From: Haliotis rufescens
Taxonomy: Eukaryota
Direction of reading: 5' to 3'
DNA: 64,000 bases
Assembly (NCBI RefSeq): GCF_023055435.1
Contig: NW_025964112.1
Span: 62,310,001 to 62,374,000, forward strand
Notes under the pieces: generated by a model
What the model was told of the DNA's origin: nothing
Seen by the model: only the letters and a program-made list of their open reading frames with translations
Database searches by the model: none
Part shown: positions 26,683 through 40,249 of the stretch, one piece after another
Layout: every line of letters begins with the position of its first letter
Numbering within the stretch: the stretch's first letter is position 1
Made by a program: the position numbers and the translations under genes

Positions 26683-28429
26683 CTCATCAGAGAACTGCAT
26701 CCCCATTTCATTATCAAAACCATTCAGAAATTGCCTGTCTAAGAGTTATACCTTTACCATGACTTTTACAAATATGTTAGTTTGGAAACAAGTGCATCAT
26801 AATAACTTGTATAATCAATTACATGCTTGTTCACGTTTATTTCTAAGTGTCTGTATACTTTAAAAGGCTTTTTAAAGGGGACAGTATTATAAATGTGTTC
26901 TTATCTAACATCGCAATACCCCGACCTCTCGTAAAAGACGAATCTAACGTGATAAGTGCATGTATAATACTCGGCCATTCATTTAAAGGATGGCTATGTA
27001 TTTGCAGTCGATCAAGCCATGTGTCTCAAGATATCACCAGCACACAGTCGATAGGGGGAGCTGCCAGTATGTTTGGTTAGCCAATCATGACCTCTACTGT
27101 CATATCGACTGTCTACTTTGACGTCCGCGTGTCGACTGTTGTACACAGAGGACAAGCAACGCTGCCCATTGGCTGGATATTTAAACAAGGAATTCAAGTC
27201 AGTACAAATGAAGGCAGTATCGCAATACTTCCACTGAACCAGAAACTGACAATCCGGATGTGTGTATAAATATAGGGGAGTGGTCTGAATATATCTTTAA
27301 AACATGTTGTTGAGATGTATTGACCTGAAACAATTATTTTCTCGTGTAATCGTACAATTTCAGTATCAGTTACCTTATCGCACATCCATTAACCCTAACC
27401 GCTGACAGAGTTGTGTATCTTCATGCAATTTTACATGCATTCGCTTTGCTGTACCTTACCGTGTATTTTTCACGTACATCCATACGCGGAGAATTCAATA
27501 AACAACAATGAAAAATAATTTAGATACAATCTAATAGCTTTTATATATAGCTTTCTACTTCAAACATGAAATACTCTGATTATATTTTGATGATAAAGCA
27601 CAAATTCCTACACGCGTTAAAAGGTAGAGGTTGTATTGCTATGTTTTAAAAAGTCACATACAGTGCCTACTCTAACATAGTATACCGACAATGTCACTAC
27701 AGCATGACACTGGAGTCCAGCCCTGTGTTGCTACCCTACTCAACCACCTCAGCCCAAAGCTGGGATTAGGATGTGCTCGGTTCAGAGTAACACTTGCGGG
27801 TCTGCTGTGTTGTAAGGTCGGTGATCACAAACTGAATAGCGTCCGAATTTGTGTCAAGAGACGAACTCTATTAAATGTGTCTTCAAATCCAGTATAGAAA
27901 TACAATAAACGTCCTATATTTGACAGGGTACTCTTGTTATCCATCTTCAATACACGTCAGTGTCACTAGCGCATGTGTCCCAGTAATGCTATCTGATAAC
28001 AATACTCGATTGGCGACCAAATAAGCTTGAATGAGTGTTACATTAAGACTCAGAGGTAAGATATTGCTTTAAGCAACAAAATTATTTTCTGGTTGAAAGT
28101 TTCGTCAACGTATACAGTCGCCTGAAATGGAACCTACAGGTTAACGAACATTCACTCGCTGATAACTGCAATGTTATGCGATGACACCAGGTGTTCAAGA
28201 AATATGGCAATATCTGAGCATGTCCTGCCTTACTACCAGAATATCTTTATACAATTGACTAAATGCTATACATTTAACGTACATAAGCGATTACATTTAT
28301 CTATATATAAACTATACGTCATGTATTTGTGTCTGTATATCAAAATAATGAAAGACTTTTAAAACACCACTATATATATCGGACACACTTACACATGATG
28401 TTGTACATGAATCAGCCACACAGACATAT

Positions 28430-30290
28430 AAAGTGCAGATATGCCACACTGACAGATAATGTACATAGCTATACCACACTGGCAGATAATGTACATACCT
28501 ATACCACACTGACAGATAATGTACTCATATATGACACACTGACAGATAATGTACATATCGATGACACACTGATAGACAATGTACATATATATGACACACC
28601 GATAGATAATGTAGATATATGTGACATATCGATAGATAATGCACATATTTTTGACACACTGACAGATAATGTAGATAACTATACCACACTGACAGATAAT
28701 GTACTCACATATGACACACTGACAGATAATGTACTCATATATGACACACTGATAGATTATCTACATATCGATGACACATTGATAGATAATGTACATATAT
28801 ATGACACACTGACAGATAATGTACTCATATATGACACACTGATAGATAATGTACTCATATATGACACACTGATAGATAATGTACTCATATATGACACACT
28901 GACAGATAATGTACTCATATACGACACACTGACAGATAATGTACTCATATATGACACACTGACAGATAATGTACTCATATATGACACACTGATAGATAAT
29001 CTACATATCGATGACACATTGATAGATAATGTACATATATATGACACACTGACAGATAATGTACTCATATATGACACACTGATAGATAATGTACTCATAT
29101 ATGACACACTGATAGATAATGTACATATATATGACACACTGACAGATAATGTACTCATATATGACACACTGATAGATAATGTACTCATATATGACACACT
29201 GATAGATAATGTACATATATATGACACACTGATAGATAATGTACTCATATATGACACACTGATAGATAATGTACTCATATAAGACACACTGATAGATAAT
29301 GTACTCATATATCACACACTGATAGATAATGTACACATATATCACACACTGATAGATAATGTACATATATATCACACACTGATAGATAATGTACTCATAT
29401 ATGACACACTGATAGATAATGTACTCATATAAGACACACTGATAGATAATGTACTCATATATCACACACTGATAGATAATGTACACATATATCACACACT
29501 GATAGATAATGTACATATATATCACACACTGATAGATAATGTACTCATATAAGACACACTGATAGATAATGTACTCATATAAGACACACTGATAGATAAT
29601 GTACTCATATATCACACACTGATAGATAATGTACATATATGACACACTGATAGATAATGTACATATCAATAACACACTGATAGATAATGTACATATATGA
29701 TACACTGATAGATAATGTACATATATATGACACATTAATAGATAATGTACATATATATGACACACTGACAGATAATATACATATATGGCACACTGATAGA
29801 TAATGAACATATCGATGACACACTGATAGATAATGTACATATATATGACACATTAATAGATAATGTACATATATATGACACAGTGAAGGATAATGTACTC
29901 ATATATGACACACTGATAGATATTGTATATATATATATGACACACTGATAGATAATGTACATATATATGACACACTGATAGATAATGTACATATATATGA
30001 CACACTGATAGATAATGTACATATATATGACACACTGACAGATAATTTACATATATATGACACATTGATAGATAATGTACATATATATGACACATTGATA
30101 GATAATGTACATATATATGACACACTGACAGATAATGTACATATATATGACACATTGATAGATAATGTACACATATAAGCAACACTGATAGATAATGTAG
30201 CATCTCTCTCTTTCATAATGTCATAATGTTGTACATATATATGCCACACTGACTGATAATGTAGCACATTCACATGACACACTGACCGAC
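28430..30290. repeat. 30-bp minisatellite (ATGACACACTGATAGATAATGTACTCATAT), ~60 copies
   Basis: Exact 30-bp register across lines and a 10-aa repeat in ORF 28329..29282. Confidence 0.97.
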
Positions 30291-30679
30291 GATGTATTTA
30301 ACGTGCCGCTAACATCCCCATGTTTCTCCCTATCTGTAGGATACACAATGAACAAATAGGGAGATATGATTGTATATTGATTAAAAATCAATGTGTCAAC
30401 CACTGATTAATATTATCTCACCACACACGTAGTAAGGGAGACAATCAATTACCTACTAGCTGAGTCATAGATACACGGGATTGTCACAATGACACACGCT
30501 TCTACTCCTGTGAGTCAATGTTAAAGTGCAACTGTGTGTTGTGTAGGGTTTACAATATAAACATAACAGCATTTCTCTCGGGAAACATTTTGTTAAAAAT
30601 GTAACTTGCCACAAAAGCAATTAAATATTCATGAATAGGTAAATTCCGGTTTGGAAATACGACGAAATATTACTATCAA

Positions 30680-31439
30680 GCAAACAGCCTTTGATGTGCC
30701 CCTGAAAGGCGTGTGTCCCGGATGTAATCGGTTACGGCGCTGTCGTTATACTCCTACTCAGAAACGAGCACGGTCGCTGTGTCACGTGACCAATCCCGAT
30801 CACCACCAGGTAATATTCTGAGTGTACTGTGATCACTGCACAATAAGTTGTTGTGAGATGTGTGTTACAACTACAAGTGTCGAAACCTCGACTACTACCG
30901 TGCTACGACACCTGTGCACTTCTCCACCCTACGCTCGTTCAGGTCCCTACAGTGGCGTGTCCGGTCACTACACTAGCCAAGATAACAGTTACAATTACAA
31001 GTTTGTGGCTTTCGTCTGTTGCCTTGTCGATGTGCCTTGGTGAAGCAATGTGTTAATGTACGTATACCTACATTCAAAAATGCGATTTCGAGAGGAAAAC
31101 TATAATGCTACACAAGGTTTTCAATCGATTTGGCTGAATTCATCGCATGGTCTTTTGTGATAGGCACATGTCAGGGTAGTGATTGACAAGCCTGAAACCC
31201 CGCCCCCTTTAGCCGTCATGCATTCAATGCGATCATTGAGGAAACCATGCCGAAGAGAGTACCACGATATCATAGTCAGTGACGGTGATGTTGACTCGCT
31301 AGATTCAACCACGGGCGGGTGTAAGCCCTTGTTTTTTCAACCATCTTACTTTCCCGCGCTTTGGTTTTAATATCGTTGCTCAAACTTCAAGTTTTGACTT
31401 GGATCGAGCCATTGGTGGGCCTTTGAATGTATCCAAACC
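30680..31439 (+). promoter_or_regulatory. Putative promoter/5' region of the SOSTDC1-like gene
   Basis: Unique, relatively CpG-rich stretch immediately 5' of the ATG. Motif matches only: palindromic E-box GTCACGTGAC (30781-30790), GC boxes (~31198, ~31312), and TCF/LEF-type CCTTTGATG (30688-30696) and CCTTTGAAT (31420-31428). The TSS is unknown. Confidence 0.4.
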
Positions 31440-31602
31440 ATGAATGTAGATTGGGGGAGCTGTCTTGTGGTGTTACTTGTGTGGTGGTTAGGGACCGGAC
31501 CTTCTCACGGACAAACGGATAATTCCAAGAGTGGGAACACTAGTACACTAGTACCATCTCCGGAAACAACCCGTAAAGCAGCTAGGAGCCACCACTTAGA
31601 AG
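31440..31602 (+). CDS. SOSTDC1: Sclerostin/SOSTDC1-like secreted protein, coding exon 1 (signal peptide and N-terminal arm)
   Basis: ATG in good context (AACCATG). MNVDWGSCLVVLLVWWLGTGPSHG/Q is a plausible signal peptide, followed by an NTS sequon. A strong donor AG|GTAAGA follows 31602 in phase 1, matching the phase of exon 2 (G+AT = Asp). Linkage to exon 2 is inferred, not shown by transcript data. Confidence 0.8.
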
Positions 31603-32276
31603 GTAAGAGAATCGTGCCGTGTTTTGCTCACCTCCAAATGTCAATAGTACGGGGCTACAACTGTTGTCCAAACAGTGGTAGGGCAAGGTTGTATACTATG
31701 TGCAATGTTTTTTATTGCGGTTTCAAACTTTTTGCATTATTTCCCCGTGCTAGCTGGTGAAATTTGTGCATGGGGTGTATAAAGCTAGGAGAACAAGCAA
31801 AAACATACAGCATACCTCGGAGATCGTTATACCATAGGTCTCCGCTGGTGCGTATTTTAAAACTCAAGTTTGTGCACGTGGGCTGTATATTGAACCTCAA
31901 ACGGGGTTAATTTTGATCAATTTACTCTGTGTGTGTCATGGGGTGATATAAAGTGCAGGTAGACTCAGCACTGGCCCGCTTTCATTCCAGGTAGAGCTAA
32001 GTCTGACAGGACAGGCAAATCCACAAAACGAACACCTGTGTTGTCGGACGGCTGTAGAAGCTATCACAACCGTGGCTTCATGCTCTGTCCCTGATCTTTA
32101 ATCAGAGCCTGCACAAAAAACACAATTTACATATGCAAAGACAGCATGGTATTAAAAGCTGAATACCCATTCAGAGGTATATGTGACTATCGCTGTGGTG
32201 TAGACCGCTCAGCCTGTAGGCAGTTTGCTGTATCTCCGCTCACAATCTCGCCATTATTATGAGATTGATGGTCCTA

Positions 32277-32635
32277 ACATGCACGGTCTGTCTTTAAACA
32301 TGCACGGTCTGCCTTTATACATGCACGGTCTGCCTTTATACATGCACGGTCTGTCTTTAAACATGCACGGTCTGTCTTTAAACATGCACGGTCTGCCTTT
32401 ATACATGCACGGTCTGTCTTTAAACATGCACGGTCTGCCTTTATACATGCACGGTCTTTCTGTATACATGCACGGTCTGTCTTTATACATGCACGGTCTG
32501 CATTTATACATGCATGGTCTGTCTATAAACATGCACGGTCTGCCTTTATACATGCACGGTCTGTCTTTATACATGCACGGTCTGTCTTTAAACATGCACG
32601 GTCTGCCTTTAAACATGCACGGTCTGTCCTTAAAC
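32277..32635. repeat. 21-bp minisatellite (ACATGCACGGTCTG(T/C)CTTTA(A/T)), ~17 copies, intron 1
   Basis: Visible periodicity and 7-aa repeats in ORFs on both strands. Confidence 0.95.
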
Positions 32636-33670
32636 TCGCGTGTCGTTATTCGTTCAAGAAACTGTACAGGTCTCGTAGTATTCGTACATAAAGGGGTTAC
32701 ATATTGAGTCTGGACTAAGTAAATGCGGATCATAGACATAGATGGGGATAAGTCAAAGCTATAAGTCTATAATAACACGTGATGCGTGTAAGCGTGTTAA
32801 TCTGTACAAACCATCAACTGCGTGTCAAAGTAAGACTGGGAGGTCACTGATATTGCTTCGTGCTTCATGGACCTGAATCGTTGCCTCTGCTATCTATGAA
32901 TGAACGCTATCGCTAACTTTCTAAACAACTATGTGACCTTGACACCGTATATTTAAACTATACATTTAGAAACAGTTCAGGTTCTGTTTAATAAAATACC
33001 GAAGATATATGATCATATTTCCTACACTCTTCTTTACTAAATAAAACAGTATGGTTAATTGTTTCTTCAGAATAGCTGTTTTGGTCTTGTTTCGGACGGA
33101 AACAAATCAAGATTTTCCGCTCAAACTTTATCGTCGTCTGATTGGATAACGCAATTGCCAGCCACTTAAACAATGTGAATGAGTCTGAAAGCAATAACTT
33201 CGCATGGTGTTATACCAAGATTACAGTCTCCATTCACAACCATAGTTGAACCAAGCCCATTGGCACGTTGATTACATGACGCAATCCCACTTGGACGTCC
33301 TTCTGTGACGTTTTAGTCACAGTGTACCAATATCTTGGACATTTAACAAAGGCCCCGGTAGCATATTTTCATACGATCATACAGATATTGATGTAAAAAC
33401 AACTAGGACCTTTCTCTTGGTTGTTTCACAATTTCAACGCCTCGTGGTCCGTTACCGTCTGACTGTTTAGTGAGTCATGGTTATAGTTTGAGAAATCAAG
33501 CAAAGGTTACACAAACACATTTGCGAGTACAGTGATAGACGTGTAAGAAAATATTGACTTAGGATGAAGAAGATATGTATGAGGATATTATTTCTATTTT
33601 CTAATCTCACGTTCATCTGTTTTCAAGGTGTGTATGTGCTACGCATGAGGACATGTTTTACTTTTGACAC

Positions 33671-33866
33671 TGTTTGTTTGTTGTATAACGCGCTCTCAGC
33701 AATATTCCTGCTATATGACAACGGCCTGTAATAATTGAGTCTTGGCCAGACAAACAAGTGATTGATATTATGAGCAACGATCTACAACATAGGGGTGCAA
33801 TGACACGTAATCAACCAAGTCATCTGGCTTGACCACCCGATCCATTTAATGTCGCCTCTTACGAGA
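33671..33866 (-). mobile_element. SINE family D fragment (Nin-domain-like core, resembles abalone HalSINE-type element)
   Basis: Reverse complement contains TCGTAAGAGGCGAC..GGATCGGGTGGTCAAG..GACTTGGTTGA and tail ATATAGCAGGAATATTGCTGAG..(CAAA)n. The family assignment is from memory. Confidence 0.7.
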
Positions 33867-34347
33867 GGGAGGGGATGGGGGCATACTGACCAGGAATTCC
33901 AACTGGAGACTGGTCAGTTCAGTGAACGTAACGAGGTAGACGTTTCCTGATTGTGCACTGCTGTATGTATTCTGATCACCTCACACGAGCCAGAGCAGGT
34001 GTTTGGCAAATACCCCATACACCTTGTTCTGAATGTTTACTGAACAAAAGAAGTTTGTTGATGGGATATCTATTTATAGTTAAGATTTTTCCTAAATATA
34101 TTCATAATCCCTACTTGTTCAGTATATTTTTGGCAAATGGTGTCTTTCAATATATATATGTATGTTCATCTTCATACATAAACATGTACTTATGTTGGAT
34201 GACATACTTTCATTTTCTCAATAACACGATGAAAACACACTTTAAGTTCGTTATATTGTGATATGGATATGTGTTTTTCCTTCGTCAATATGCGTATTAA
34301 CACGCGTTGCCGCCAATCTTGGCATATACCTTGTTTCACAGTAAACA

Positions 34348-34447
34348 TACTTCGGGCTTTCCTCCTAAATTAAGCTGACAAGCCTTGGTATGACTGGAAT
34401 ACTGTTTAAAGCAGCGTTAAACAAACCCCACTCACTCACTCACTCAC
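34348..34447 (+). mobile_element. SINE family B 3' fragment
   Basis: CTTCGGGCTTTCCTCC..TTAAGCTGACA..ACTGGAATACTGTT..(CACT)n. Confidence 0.8.
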
Positions 34448-35339
34448 ACAGAACACCTGGTGTTATGGCATGTAGACAAAAATACGATGTTCATGTAGTT
34501 GAACTGTGATGTCATGCGATGCAGAGACCACATTAACAGCGTTATTATCCTGGTGTACCGATAGCACAGCTCTCTTACCATACCATGTTGGATTGCTACA
34601 TTTTTGTATTAGAATTATGTTATATACACTTGTATATTAATATTTCCAGGAAGATATTTTTTCTGTGAACTACATTTACAGGTTAAAGGTCTCCAAACAT
34701 GCAGGACTGAGCAACAGTGATATTCCATACAAACCATCAGCATATATATTACATATTTTGCACCATATATGCATATGCATTCCAACAGCACTGGAATTAT
34801 ATAAAACAACATTTTTTTTATTTTTGACTAATTGCATGCAATTTCAGATTACGTGATCTATACCTGTAAATGTAGTGTGCAATTGACAATGGTATTGTAT
34901 ATAGCAATACAAATCACAGAGAGCAAGGCTAGCTAGCTGTACTAGGCTCTGAGCTAATGTCGCCTTTGATATATGACTTTTCGAGACTTGACCTGCTTTA
35001 GCTCGACGAGCCACAACCATTGATGACTAACTCAGGGACAAGAAACAACAAACCGGGTTATTTTTCATTTTCGTTAGCTTCTAGGATCAAAGAGGCACAT
35101 TGAAGGATATTAAACACAAATATGTTTTTGTGCAGACATTTATATGACCATAGTAGTATAAGACGGTGGAAGTCTACCATCATACATTTATCATTTCCTT
35201 ACATATTTTTGACATAGCAAAATAGCTTAATTAAATCATCCACTGAAGGCACATGTCAGATGCTGTTATACTTCTCGTTTAGCATACGTCGATGGATTGA
35301 CATAATTTACGTTTGCATATGTTCCTGCAATGAACACAT

Positions 35340-35670
35340 CGACGTCAAAGCACTAACATGTTTCATAAAACGTGACATTGGTCACAAATTGTCAAGATAA
35401 TGACATAGATCACAAGACCTATCAAGACACTAGCACAGCTCATGAAACGTGTCAAGACACTAACTAGTTTACCGAAGACACTGACTTAGGTCGCAAAAAC
35501 GTATCGGAACACTAACGTGGTTCATAAAACGCGCAAATAACACTAACTAGGTCACAGAATGTGTTAAGACACTGATATGGGTCACAAAACGTGTAAAAAA
35601 ACTAGCATGGCTCACAAACGTGTGAATACACTATCATAGGCCTCAAAATAGGACACAAACATGACTCACA
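35340..35670. repeat. Degenerate ~30-bp tandem repeat (ACACTAAC..GGTCACAAAACGTGTCAAG)
   Basis: Recurring ACACTA and CACAAAACGTG motifs. Confidence 0.65.
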
Positions 35671-37424
35671 ATAATAATAAAAAGATCGACAAAACCCTTT
35701 TCATAATCATAAACACCTCCTTTGTAGTCCTATACGACTATGATTCACCTTTAGCAGAACACATACACAAAACAAACAATACAGCACGAATATTACTGAT
35801 ATTTTCCCAATTATTATATAAGATAAAAAAAACGTATTTCTAAAGAATAACAAATTTATAACATAGTATGCAGTACAAATAATCAGGCTGACAGCATTAA
35901 AACAAAGAAAACAGATACTAGATTTCTTTTGCCAAGAAATGAATGACAGACTACTCAGTATGTTGTTTTAACTTCAGGTGGGTCACACTAAGCTGATGAA
36001 ATATCATCATTCATAATTATCTATCCATCACCTGCAAAGTTGTATTTTATTTTATAGACATTTCGATTATCACGATATGAAACAATATAACGTGTTTCAC
36101 TTCAAATATTGAAACTTCCATTTATCATTACAGTAAATAACTTTTTTAATAAGTTAAAAGCATTCAATATTTGCGTGACTTAATGCATATACAGAGCAGC
36201 CAGCCATCAACATGGCAGGGCCTTCCTGTCACAATGGGCGTTTACTTATCTGCCATATGGTGCCTTTCAGAGAAACAAATTGCTTATGTTCCTTCGTCAC
36301 ACTACCTAGTAGAAGGCACACGTGCCCTCGACATCATTTAACTCCCCCTTTGAACCAGATGGGAAGTTATCAAACCGTGTCTTGGTAATAGCTAGCAATC
36401 TATTCCAAGTATGTCTTCGCAGTCTTGCATATAAACCTTTGAATTACCCAGGGCACCTTGCAATGTAATAACATATATTATATGCAGGTATGGTAAGTGT
36501 TTCTAGGTAAAGACGGGTTGACTCTGCCAGTTTTTACCTAAGACTTTAATTCTTAATTGGAAAATCCTATCAGGTGCTATACACAATCACACCGTCCTTT
36601 GTATCCAATATGTCAGATATTGGGATGACTTTCCATAGCGTCCCCCACATGCCACTGCTGTACAGAGTGACACTCTCGTTATTGAAGCCCCTATTGTCAT
36701 TTGTAACCTGAAATACCATTGTAATTAAAACACTTATGAAATCAAAGAATTCTAATTACTAATGGGAAGTTATGTAAAACAATAGTTGTAACTATAGTCG
36801 TAACAGCTATCAACCACTGGTTGGTGTGAAGACTCGATTATTATCAGTTCCTTTATAATGCTAAGCAAGTGTGACATAATTTAACACTGACTCTCTGTGT
36901 TTAGACACCTCGAAGTGAACCTGACATTTGACACAGAAGAATGTTTATGACAATGTTCTTTAAACGTTAGTATATGTGTACGTATTTATTAACTAATTCC
37001 TGATAATTTCATGACGTTTAAACGTGTATGTTATATCGTGCTTCCGTTACTGTCAGGAATGTGAACAATCTTGTAGTGGTCTGCGAGTGGAGTAACTGAA
37101 TGCAGCCATCTTTTATCGCTATTACAAGTATATCATGATTTTTATTCTTACCATTGACATTCTTTTTTAAAGGTGGAAGGATAAACCAGAATTAATGGTC
37201 CGCTAGACGTCTCCTTATTTTATATCTATCATGACTTAAAGAAGTAAATCCGACTGGGTGTGGTTCGAGGCCATCATACCCTGATGCAAGTAATGGCTGT
37301 ACATGTTGCAAACTATCCATCACGTCTCCGACGGCAACAGCTGCTGCTGCTGCTCTCCGTGTGTGATGTATCGCCGCCACATGGCTTACGTTGGCATCTC
37401 ATATGACACCTACCGCCAAACAAA

Positions 37425-38170
37425 TACTATAGCTACTAATATTTACGACAGCTGCTTCTACTAATACTACTGCAGTAACTACAATTACTATTACTTGTGT
37501 TATTGCTACTGCTGTTACTACTACTACTGCTGCTGCTACTACTACTACTACTACAAAAAACTTCTACTACAGCTGCTACTATTACCGTTACTACTTCCAC
37601 TTCTACTACTACAACTAATACTATAACTTCTACTACTGCTATTANNNNNNNNNNNNNNNNNNNNNNNNNNNNNNNNNNNNNNNNNNNNNNNNNNNNNNNN
37701 NNNNNNNNNNNNNNNNNNNNNNNNNNNNNNNNNNNNNNNNNNNNNNNNNNNNNNNNNNNNNNNNNNNNNNNNNNNNNNNNNNNNNNNNNNNNNNTTTTTC
37801 CAACTACTACTACAACTAATACCATAACTTCTACTACTGCTATTACTATTACTACTTCAACTACTGCTGCTACTTCTACTACTATTTTTATTATTATTAT
37901 TATTATAACTACTACTACTACTAATGCTACTACTATTACTACGACTGTTATTACTATTTTTACTACTACTACTACTACTACTACAACAACTACTACTACT
38001 ACTACTATTACTACTTCTACCACTACTACTATTACTATGCTTACTTTTTCTTCTTCTACTACTACTTCTACTTCTTCTTCTACTACTGCTACTACTACTA
38101 CTTCTACTGCTACTACTTCTACTTCTACTACTACTACTTCTACTACTACTACTACTACTGCTACTGCTAG
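37425..38170. repeat. Imperfect (CTA)n microsatellite with N gap
   Basis: Direct inspection. Confidence 0.97.
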
Positions 38171-40249
38171 TGCCATACATGTTCATTTCATCACACATTT
38201 CATCATTCACCACGTCAGTAAAACATCCTTCATTTGTAACACATATGATACCCATAATTTGATTTGAACATATTAACTTAACGAACAGGACGAAAACAAG
38301 AGCGTGTTTAAGGACATATCCATTCACCCTTAAGCTTCTCCTTAATGAATCGGGTTTTTTCTTCAAGACAAACATTCATGTCTCAAACGGTAAATAGCAT
38401 TGAAAACAGTAGTAGCAGGTGGTTTACCGATGTCACAAGTGGGCTTTCAACACCTGTACACAGCCTCTATGTTTAGAGGGACTCAAGCCGAAGGATATCC
38501 TCAGCCTCGTTCAATGAGGACAAAATCCAATGTTTACTCTCTGAATCGCTATGGCGAGGTATCTGGTTATACATTCCTACGTCTAATCAATTCAAATGGA
38601 AATAAAAGCAAATTACGGGTTTTTCGCTGAAAGGTGCACCTGTGAAGTGAAGTAACTTTCAGTGAGTCGACACACTTACTGCAGCCTTAGCTTTCCTCAA
38701 AGGTTTCTTTTGATAGCTCAAGCCCCAGTATCCCCGTTTCGTACTGCTACCGGCCGCGTACAATGAAACCCGCGACGCAGAAAGGCGAAGTCTCTATAGT
38801 TGCCGGGTTGGAATACCTCCAGCACTGAGCCTGTATACAACAGACTTACAGGTTACATCGAATCCCGACGGGCTGTTGGCTGTGACTACGGTGCAGGAAA
38901 GGGCACGGTCTCCGATATGCAGAATCGCAATGCTGACGTATAGAATTTAAAAAGAGATTTATTGTTCGATAAATTAGAATTTCATAAAAATAATTCTTTA
39001 TTTGAAAATGATCTATGATTAAATTTACATTCCCTCTATTTATGACAGGATGAACTATTTCGAAGAAATTTACTATTGTATTTTAGACAAGCATTTAGTT
39101 TGACGGAACGAAATGTATTCTATGACTTTGAATGTTTAAAATGTATATTTACCATATCATTATACTATCATGTTCTCTCTTGCACTGTAAAAACATTAAT
39201 CAAATTAAATTATGATTGTCTACAATAATTATAATTCACGTAGGCTAATATATCGTTTTCAGATGCTGTTGTTATATATTGGTTTAAGCATATTTTGTCC
39301 AGTTGTGATAGATTTTATATTTCCAGTATTTACCTGTTTCAACCTACAAATATCACACCTATTTGTATTCTCTTATATGTAGGTTACAGATGCACCTTTT
39401 ACCAGCATATGCTATGCTCACGTTGATCATTTATTGTACGTTATTTAGCTACACATGTCATTCTCTAGTCAGTCCTTATGTTACGTTAAGTACTAACTAC
39501 ATATTCATATTTTAGTCAATCCTAAATGACATGTAAGGTGAGCTACACGACATACGTCAACTGTTGCGATACCCCGGCTTGATACATGTCAGTCTATCGT
39601 CAATCCTAATAGTACGTTAGGCGAACCACATATTCACTCTTCTAGTCAATCCTTTGTGACCTATAAAAGGTGAGCTACACGGCTTAGTTTAGTCAACTGT
39701 TGTGGTACCTCGGGTTAGCTATTTGTCAGACTATAGTCAATCCTTAGTCTAGGTTTGGTCTCTGACAGTTTGCACAATCCATTCGTTATCCCAACTCAAG
39801 TTCTGTCGATCGTCTTTCGATGTCATTTTTAGTAACATTGATAACGTAGCTTTGAAATCTGTCTATCTCTATCTTCTTACTGTCTATCTACTTGTACCTA
39901 TCCTTACACCCCAGTCCCTTTCATTTTCGACATATTTTCCTACCCCTCAAGCCATGTTCTGCTATCTAACCTACTGCTTCACGCTTTCACTAACATTCGA
40001 CGATATGTAAATCCTTTTTGCCTGTAAAATATCTACTTTAAAAATGAGTTACCCACCTGTATATACCTTACTACAAATCACCTCAGTCCTCACTGAACTG
40101 TCTACTAAAGTCTTATGTAGAATCATGCAGTGACATAGCAATTATAGTACGTATCTATACATGTTCTACCTACCACGCATGTCTATGATTTACCTTGCCC
40201 TCAGTGTATTATTCATCTATGTAACGTTTGGCTGGTTTGTCAGCAAGAC

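Noticed and set aside
28329-30282. 317-aa DTLIDNVLIY-repeat ORF and antisense ORFs
   Set aside because: The unit is a multiple of 3, point variants create stops at random, and there is no signal peptide or splice support.
31603-31760. 3' part of ORF 31440..31760, and 46187-46226 at the start of ORF 46187..46636
   Set aside because: Both are read-through into intron sequence beyond the splice sites.
37436-38375. Poly-Thr/Val/Leu/Ser mucin-like ORFs (also 62992-63888)
   Set aside because: They are trinucleotide microsatellites read in several frames.
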